From contig JABHSK010000005.1 in assembly GCA_018669975.1 (NCBI GenBank), forward strand, positions 121,132 to 185,131: a stretch of DNA of 64,000 nt, read 5' to 3'. Below the pieces are notes generated by a model, which made no database searches, was not told where the DNA came from, and saw nothing but the letters and a program-made list of their open reading frames with translations. Origin of the DNA: Candidatus Parcubacteria bacterium (GTDB lineage: Bacteria > Patescibacteriota > Patescibacteriia > UBA1558 > GWA2-36-10). Below are positions 58,393 to 64,000 of the stretch, piece by piece (within the stretch, counting starts at the first letter, position 1; each line of letters starts with the position of its first letter). The position numbers and the translations under genes are program-made.

Positions 58393-59757
58393 TTATCTTC
58401 CTAAAGTTATATTAAATACAGTATTTATAGTTTTGAGGATAATTGAAATATCCAAAGCAATTGAACGATTTTTGATGTAAAAAAGGTCATATTGCAGCTT
58501 TTCTAGGGCATCTTCTACAGAAGAGCCGTAGGGGAAATTGATTTGTGCCCAACCACTTAAGCCGGGTTTTACTAGATGTCTTTCGTTGTAAAAAGATATT
58601 TTTTCTTTTAGTTGGTCTACAAACTCTGGTCTTTCTGGTCGAGGACCAACAAAGCTCATATTGCCTTTAACAATATTCCAGAACTGAGGTATTTCATCAA
58701 TTCTTGCTTTACGTATGAATTTGCCGATGCCAGTAACGCGAGCATCATTTTTACTAGCCCATTGAGCTCCACTTTTTTCAGCATCTTGAACCATGGAGCG
58801 GAATTTATAAACTGTAAAGATTTTTCCATTAAGTCCAACTCTTTTTTGTTTATAGATAAGAGGTCCTTTTGAGCCAGTCTTTATCAGGATAGCTATGATT
58901 GGTATAAAGAGTAGTGAAATTAAACCAAATAAAGAAGCAAAAAAGATATCAATTACTCTTTTAACTATCGCAAACCATTGCTCATTTTTTTGAGTAAAGT
59001 TTTCTAGAAACCAATTTCTTTCCAGTGAGGTGACTGGCACCTTGCCAGTGAGCTTTTCATAAAAGTCTGTTAGATTGAAATACTGTATTTTTAAATCAAT
59101 GCTTTCAAATAAGTATTTAGCTACCTCAGGACCATAGCGTGTATCGTTGACAGCTACCACGGTATTTATTTTGTGCTTGATGAGTTGATTTTTAAGATCA
59201 GCAATGTCTTTGCTCATGGTGACCACTTGAAATTTTTCAGGGATAACTGCATGATCAGGGTTTATAATTAACTTTAGCTTATAACCAAGTTGTGGTTTGG
59301 TGATAGTTTCTTCAGCTAATAAGAGTGATTCAGGTGTGACACCAATGATAGCTAGGTTAGCGCCCATTGTAGAACTGGAAATAATTTTGTAAAAAAGTTT
59401 CCGCCATAACAGGAACAGGACAGTAAATACTACTAAAAGTATCAATAGTATAGTTTGAGGCTTTAAATAGCTAAAGCGTCCTAGGATCAAGTAAAAAAAC
59501 AGCACTGCCAGTAGTGCATTGATGGCTAGGTTTTGTATTAGGTGACCAAAAAATTTAAAGTCATTTTCTGCTTTACGTATCTCATATAGTCCATTGATAA
59601 AGAATACGATAACCCATATACTAAATACCAACGAAAAAGGTCCAAGGTGTTCCTGCCATAATTGACTATCAAGACGTCCATATCTGAGTAATAGGGTTAG
59701 GGCGAGACTAGTATACAGCAAGGCAACGTCGACCAGGAATAAGACAAATTTTTTCAT
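58393..59757 (-). CDS. Polyprenyl-phosphate hexose-1-phosphate transferase (WbaP/bacterial sugar transferase family); priming enzyme
   Basis: N-terminal TM helices, then the conserved C-terminal domain …KRVIDIFFASLFGL…YKFRSM…DEIPQFWNIVKGNMSFVGPRPERPEF. Confidence 0.85.
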   Translation of the reverse strand: MKKFVLFLVDVALLYTSLALTLLLRYGRLDSQLWQEHLGPFSLVFSIWVIVFFINGLYEIRKAENDFKFFGHLIQNLAINALLAVLFFYLILGRFSYLKPQTILLILLVVFTVLFLLWRKLFYKIISSSTMGANLAIIGVTPESLLLAEETITKPQLGYKLKLIINPDHAVIPEKFQVVTMSKDIADLKNQLIKHKINTVVAVNDTRYGPEVAKYLFESIDLKIQYFNLTDFYEKLTGKVPVTSLERNWFLENFTQKNEQWFAIVKRVIDIFFASLFGLISLLFIPIIAILIKTGSKGPLIYKQKRVGLNGKIFTVYKFRSMVQDAEKSGAQWASKNDARVTGIGKFIRKARIDEIPQFWNIVKGNMSFVGPRPERPEFVDQLKEKISFYNERHLVKPGLSGWAQINFPYGSSVEDALEKLQYDLFYIKNRSIALDISIILKTINTVFNITLGR

Positions 59758-59899
59758 TCGATTGAATTAAATGATATTTTATATTATAATAACAATTGCC
59801 CTATTTTGTCAATAAAATTAGCTAAAAATAAGAGAAAAGCAAAGAAGTGGGTTTTATTGGTATACTAGGTCTATTTTTAAATATTTATCAATCTAATAC

Positions 59900-62089
59900 T
59901 TGTATATGATAAACAAGATTATCACTGCTAACCAAGATAAGGATATCAATTTTTATCTTAGAATTTTGATTAAACTTGGTTTAGCTTTAATTCTATTTTT
60001 GCCGTTGGTGACTAATAGTGATTTTTATTTCCCCTTTATAGTGCCTAGAAATTTATTATTCAGATTTATTCTGATTGTAATTCTAGCATTATATACTTAC
60101 TTATTTTTGAAGGATAAACAATTTAGACCAAAATTCAACAAGGCTTTTATTATATTCTGCGCGTTTATTTTCTCTCTAACAGTTTCCAGCTTGTTAGGAG
60201 GAAATTTTCCTTTTAGTTTTTGGAGTAATTATGAGAGGATGGATGGTTTATCAAATTGGTATTTTTTGATTGTTTATGTAGTGATAATGTTGGGCACCCT
60301 TCGTAATAGGCAGGATTGGAAACAATTTTTTAATATTAGTATAGTAGCGGCCTGGTTAATTAGTTGGTATGGTTTAGCTCAAAAACTTGGCTGGGACCAA
60401 AATCTAAACTTTATTATGGCTTCTACTGGAGGTTCTAGGATTGCTTCCACTCTTGGTAATGCAGCCTATGTTGGTTCCTATATGTTTATGCATATTATAC
60501 TTTCTTTGTACCTGCTTATTATTACCATTATGAAAAAGCAGTTAATTTCTTTCAAGACTTTTTGGTATGTTCTGAGTTTGATGTTGTTTACAGCCGTGTT
60601 GATATTAACTCAAACACGTGGGGCATTTTTAGGCTTAGCTTTATTCTTATTCTTATTGGTTATATTTTATTTGTGGTTTAACAGAAATAAAATAAATGCC
60701 TGGTATTATGTAGTAGCAGCCTTACTAATTAGCGGGGTTTTATTTACTGGATTATTGTTTCAGCAAAAAGAGAGCGCCTGGGTTAACAACGTGTTGTTGT
60801 TCCAAAAAATAACAGATGTATCCTTATCGGATACTACTGTGGAGTCACGTTTATCTATCTGGCAAAATAGTTTTAAAGGTTATTTGGATAAACCTGTGTT
60901 GGGTTGGGGAGATGAAAATTTTCAATATGTATTTAATAAATATTTTCCTGTAGAGATTTATCATAGTATTAACTCAGAAGTATGGTTTGACCGTCCTCAC
61001 AATATTTTAATTCAACACCTGATACACGGCGGATCTATTGGCTTGGGGTTATATTTAGGTATGTTTGCTTATCTAATATATGCGCTAATTAAAAAATATA
61101 AGAAAGACAAGCAATGGTTTTTCAGTTTTTTCTGGATAGCATTTTTGGTAAGCTTCTTACTTCATGATATGTTTATTTTTGATAGTATAAACACCAATGT
61201 TACTCTTTATTTAATGCTAGCCTTCCTCTTTAAAATAGGGGTTTCTGATGGTTATAAGCACATTAATCTGCCTATAAAAAAGAAAGATTATTACCGTGCG
61301 GGAGGTGTAGTTATCTTGGGTGTTATCTTGACTGTATTTATGGTCTGGCGACCAATGCAAGGTAATCTATTGTTAATGAGTTCCCTGCAAAAGGTGTCAC
61401 AGTTACGACCAACAAACAACAGTGTGATGATAGAGCAGTCTAATTCAGGATTTTTTAGAGAGGCTATAGACGACTGGAAGCGTTCACGTGATATTAGCTT
61501 CTTAGGTGATAAAGAAAAAGGTGAGGTTCTACTAAGGATTTTCCAGGGCACTACTAGGGCCACTTATCTTAAGCCTGAAAATCAAGAGGAGATATTTGAA
61601 TTAACGCAAGAATATCTAGAAACTATATCGGATCGTTATCCCAAAGACGTTAGGCAAAATTTATTCTTATCATATTTTTATAATGTGCTCAGTGGTACAA
61701 ATTTAAATTTCTCTATTAAGAATGTCGAGTTACTGGAAGGATTGAAAGATTGGGCAACACAACGACCAGATGTCTACACACAACTTTCACATGCTTATTT
61801 GATGGTGGGTGATTTTGATGCTGGTCTAGAAACAGCCTTGCAAGCTCAGGAGCTTGTACCAGAAACAAAATTTGTCTATTGGAATTTACTCAATGCATAT
61901 GTAGTGACTGGGGATATAGGAAATATCCAAAATACTTTAGAAAAAATTATTATTATTAACTTGAGGGATAATGGGCGACCATTTGAATTGCCAGAAATGC
62001 AACAGTTACAGGTTTTGATGTCTCAAGCAGAGAAAAATAATCAACCAGAAATAAAACAAGCTATAGAAGCCTATCTTCTACAGGAATAA
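59900..62089 (+). CDS. O-antigen ligase (Wzy_C)-like membrane protein fused to a C-terminal TPR domain (paralog of 27767-30001)
   Basis: Same architecture and length class as the first copy; the N-terminal regions align. Confidence 0.65.
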   Translation: MYMINKIITANQDKDINFYLRILIKLGLALILFLPLVTNSDFYFPFIVPRNLLFRFILIVILALYTYLFLKDKQFRPKFNKAFIIFCAFIFSLTVSSLLGGNFPFSFWSNYERMDGLSNWYFLIVYVVIMLGTLRNRQDWKQFFNISIVAAWLISWYGLAQKLGWDQNLNFIMASTGGSRIASTLGNAAYVGSYMFMHIILSLYLLIITIMKKQLISFKTFWYVLSLMLFTAVLILTQTRGAFLGLALFLFLLVIFYLWFNRNKINAWYYVVAALLISGVLFTGLLFQQKESAWVNNVLLFQKITDVSLSDTTVESRLSIWQNSFKGYLDKPVLGWGDENFQYVFNKYFPVEIYHSINSEVWFDRPHNILIQHLIHGGSIGLGLYLGMFAYLIYALIKKYKKDKQWFFSFFWIAFLVSFLLHDMFIFDSINTNVTLYLMLAFLFKIGVSDGYKHINLPIKKKDYYRAGGVVILGVILTVFMVWRPMQGNLLLMSSLQKVSQLRPTNNSVMIEQSNSGFFREAIDDWKRSRDISFLGDKEKGEVLLRIFQGTTRATYLKPENQEEIFELTQEYLETISDRYPKDVRQNLFLSYFYNVLSGTNLNFSIKNVELLEGLKDWATQRPDVYTQLSHAYLMVGDFDAGLETALQAQELVPETKFVYWNLLNAYVVTGDIGNIQNTLEKIIIINLRDNGRPFELPEMQQLQVLMSQAEKNNQPEIKQAIEAYLLQE

Positions 62090-62113
62090 TTTATAGGTAA
62101 TAATATAGAAAAT

Positions 62114-62150
62114 AAGTAATCCATTGCGGTGGGTTACTTATTTTGTTTTA
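62114..62150 (+). terminator. Intrinsic terminator (aagtaatcc-attgcggt-gggttactt then attttgtttt)
   Basis: 9-bp stem plus a T-rich tract, 25 nt after the stop. Confidence 0.45.
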
Positions 62151-62213
62151 AGTAGCGATTTATGTTATAATTTAATCGTAAACAATATAAAAAAACCAAA
62201 ATAAACAGGTGCC

Positions 62214-63356
62214 GTGAAAGTAGCTGAAACTAAAATCTATCTCAAATTTATTTCCTGGTTTGTAGCAGTATCTTTGCTACCAATTGCTTTATTATTTTTG
62301 ATAATTTATACCTTTAGTCCAGACAGTTCAGTTTTATTAGATCCAGAATTGCAAAAAATTATACTGGTAAGTGTTTTTATATCTATTGCACTTATTTTTA
62401 TATTGTCACTAGCTGCTACTAGGCACTTGTCTCGCTTGATTACTAAGCCAATTCAAGGCTCTATGGGAGAGCTTTCTAAAGTCGTTGATGAATTGTTTAA
62501 ATCTATTCAAGACTTGTCTGATGTTAGTCAAAATAATAGTGAATTATCGCAATTCTTAATACATAGTAGTCAAGCTCAACAGAAGGGTCTCAAAACAGGC
62601 ACTAAAGTAGTATCAGAAATGGTGCAATCTCTTGATCAGATTGCCAGAAAAACCAAGGTTTCAGCTAGAAATACTAAGAAAATAGCAGATTTAGCCAATG
62701 AAGGTGGGGTTAAATCAAATGTAGCCCTGGATAGTCTAGTGGTAGTTAAGCAGTTATCAACAGAGAATCAGAAGCTAAGCCAGGCTTTGGATGCCTACGC
62801 TTTTAAGGTTAAGGATATAGCCAAGCGAGTAGGAATATTAGCTGAAACAGCTAAATTTTTAAGCCTCAATGTATCCATTGAAGCCAACAAAACTTCTTTT
62901 AGTGAAAATTTTTCTAGTCTAATATCACAAATTAGAGAGTTAAATGTTACCAGTGAACAAGCTGCTAATAGCATTCAGGGTTTAGCTGGAGACATGCAAC
63001 GACAAATAGAGCAGTCTAAACAATCTTCTATACATGAGTGGCAGCAAACAAACAAAACTATCAAGGTGATTGGGCAAACTATAAATTTTTTGAGTGGTAT
63101 AGTTGGCAATGTCAGCAATGTTTCTAAAAGTACACAGGTCATTAGTCAGGAAGCTGAAGAAACACATAGAGAGGCGGATAATATAAATTCCATGATTGGA
63201 GGATTAAATAAAGAAGCAAAGTCTTTGGTTAAATATATTGATGACATTACCAAGACAATTTACAAGCAACTAACTGTCACCAAGTCACTTCATAAATCAT
63301 CTGCTGCTTTAAATAAAGTGACAGATACCTTAAATGATTTAGTCGGTAAAAAATAA
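62214..63356 (+). CDS. Methyl-accepting chemotaxis protein-like transducer with two TM segments and essentially no periplasmic sensor domain
   Basis: MCP signalling-domain remnants (…ETAKFLSLNVSIEANKT…) are present. GTG start is assumed. Confidence 0.65.
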   Translation: MKVAETKIYLKFISWFVAVSLLPIALLFLIIYTFSPDSSVLLDPELQKIILVSVFISIALIFILSLAATRHLSRLITKPIQGSMGELSKVVDELFKSIQDLSDVSQNNSELSQFLIHSSQAQQKGLKTGTKVVSEMVQSLDQIARKTKVSARNTKKIADLANEGGVKSNVALDSLVVVKQLSTENQKLSQALDAYAFKVKDIAKRVGILAETAKFLSLNVSIEANKTSFSENFSSLISQIRELNVTSEQAANSIQGLAGDMQRQIEQSKQSSIHEWQQTNKTIKVIGQTINFLSGIVGNVSNVSKSTQVISQEAEETHREADNINSMIGGLNKEAKSLVKYIDDITKTIYKQLTVTKSLHKSSAALNKVTDTLNDLVGKK

Positions 63357-63772
63357 TGGCTGCCAAAACACAAAAATTTATTTTATTTTTCATCAATGAC
63401 GAAATGTGGGCTACGCCATTGACTTTTGGCAATCAATTTATTAGTTATGATCAACCAGTGCCACTACCCGATGTATCCAAAGAAGTTACTGGTCTTATCT
63501 ATGGAGGTGGGCATATTGTGACTTTATTGGACACAGCTAAAATATTAGCTATCCGTTCACATAGTAAGCAATATGAGACTTGTTTACGATTTGATTTTAA
63601 TAGTGATCATTATGGACTGTTAGTAGACGCTGGAGGTGAAACAGTCAAAGTTAATCGTGTTTTGACTGACCGCAACAAGAAAGAATTTAAAAAATATATA
63701 AAATTTAAAAACAATAAGATTTATATTTTATATCCAGAGGATATCTGGAACAAATTAAGTATTTATGATTAG
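63356..63772 (+). CDS. cheW: CheW-like coupling protein
   Basis: A 138-aa protein with CheW-like features (…FILFFINDEMWATPL…GLIYGGGHIVTLLDTAKIL…). Confidence 0.65.
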   Translation: MAAKTQKFILFFINDEMWATPLTFGNQFISYDQPVPLPDVSKEVTGLIYGGGHIVTLLDTAKILAIRSHSKQYETCLRFDFNSDHYGLLVDAGGETVKVNRVLTDRNKKEFKKYIKFKNNKIYILYPEDIWNKLSIYD

Positions 63773-64000
63773 CGCCAAGTACAAAGATTTATATTTATCA
63801 AGTAGCAAGAGCCAGATGAAAAAGTTCTCTAGCTTGTTATTGTCTTTGGAAAAAAGTCCTCAAAATCAAAATTTGGCAGAAAATATATTTCGTTTGGTGC
63901 ATTCCATGAAAGGTGCAGCGGCTACCATGGGTTATAAAAAAACAGTCAATCTTTTTCACGCTATAGAAAATGTTATTGATGCTGTTTACAACCAAACCCT
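63765..64000 (+). CDS. cheA: Histidine kinase CheA, N-terminal HPt domain (3'-truncated by the window edge)
   Basis: The open frame MISAKYKDLYLSS…ENIFRLVHSMKGAAATMGYKK contains the HPt phospho-His motif HxxKG. It overlaps the cheW stop. It is absent from the ORF track because there is no stop codon before the window end. Confidence 0.55.
   Translation, partial: MISAKYKDLYLSSSKSQMKKFSSLLLSLEKSPQNQNLAENIFRLVHSMKGAAATMGYKKTVNLFHAIENVIDAVYNQT

Noticed and set aside
1-64000. Alternative genetic code (UGA read as Gly, as in SR1/Gracilibacteria)
   Set aside because: Several well-supported genes end on TGA at positions consistent with their full-length orthologs (for example 15042-15044 and 35699-35701). 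Gene lengths are normal under the standard code.
1-64000. CRISPR arrays, rRNA operons, and integrase or transposase genes
   Set aside because: No regularly spaced direct repeats, no 16S/23S signature motifs, and no recombinase-like ORF were found on reading the sequence.

Overview
Low-GC bacterial window (flanking genes look roughly 35-38% G+C by eye; not computed) with the hallmarks of a Candidate Phyla Radiation / Patescibacteria-type genome, read with the standard bacterial code (TGA is used as a stop). Three blocks: (1) 1-13.6 kb: the 3' end of tuf, then a complete S10-spc ribosomal protein superoperon (rpsJ ... rplO, secY, adk, map). Nearly every r-protein carries a Lys/Glu-rich tail, there is no rpmD (L30) between rpsE and rplO, and the operon ends in ruvX/mraY-like genes instead of infA-rpmJ-rpsM-rpsK-rpsD-rpoA-rplQ. 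(2) 13.6-27 kb: small membrane and hypothetical genes, an HtrA-like protein that has lost its catalytic His and Ser, an excisionase-family HTH gene, and then a compositionally foreign 3-gene cassette (18571-20364) encoding Cys-rich / zinc-ribbon proteins I cannot assign. The cassette has its own sigma70-like promoters, strong Shine-Dalgarno sites and intrinsic terminators, and is immediately followed by three perfect DnaA boxes. After that come an ECF sigma factor, a membrane-anchored acidic protein and a 1306-aa Ser/Thr/Gly/Asp-rich secreted protein. (3) 27-62 kb: a very large glycan biosynthesis locus bracketed by two paralogous O-antigen-ligase(Wzy_C)-TPR fusion genes. It contains 8 GT4 and 1 GT2 glycosyltransferases, a GtrA/GtrB/GT-C-like module, wecB, two SDR epimerases, asnB, six SAM methyltransferases, two B12-binding radical SAM enzymes (one clearly GC-rich and inverted), a CDP-alcohol phosphatidyltransferase, a Wzx flippase and a WbaP-like priming transferase. 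The window ends with an MCP-cheW-cheA(partial) chemotaxis module. No rRNA, tRNA or CRISPR array was recognised. The best candidate for a previously undescribed system is the GC-rich 3-gene cassette together with its divergent HTH gene and the adjacent DnaA-box cluster.
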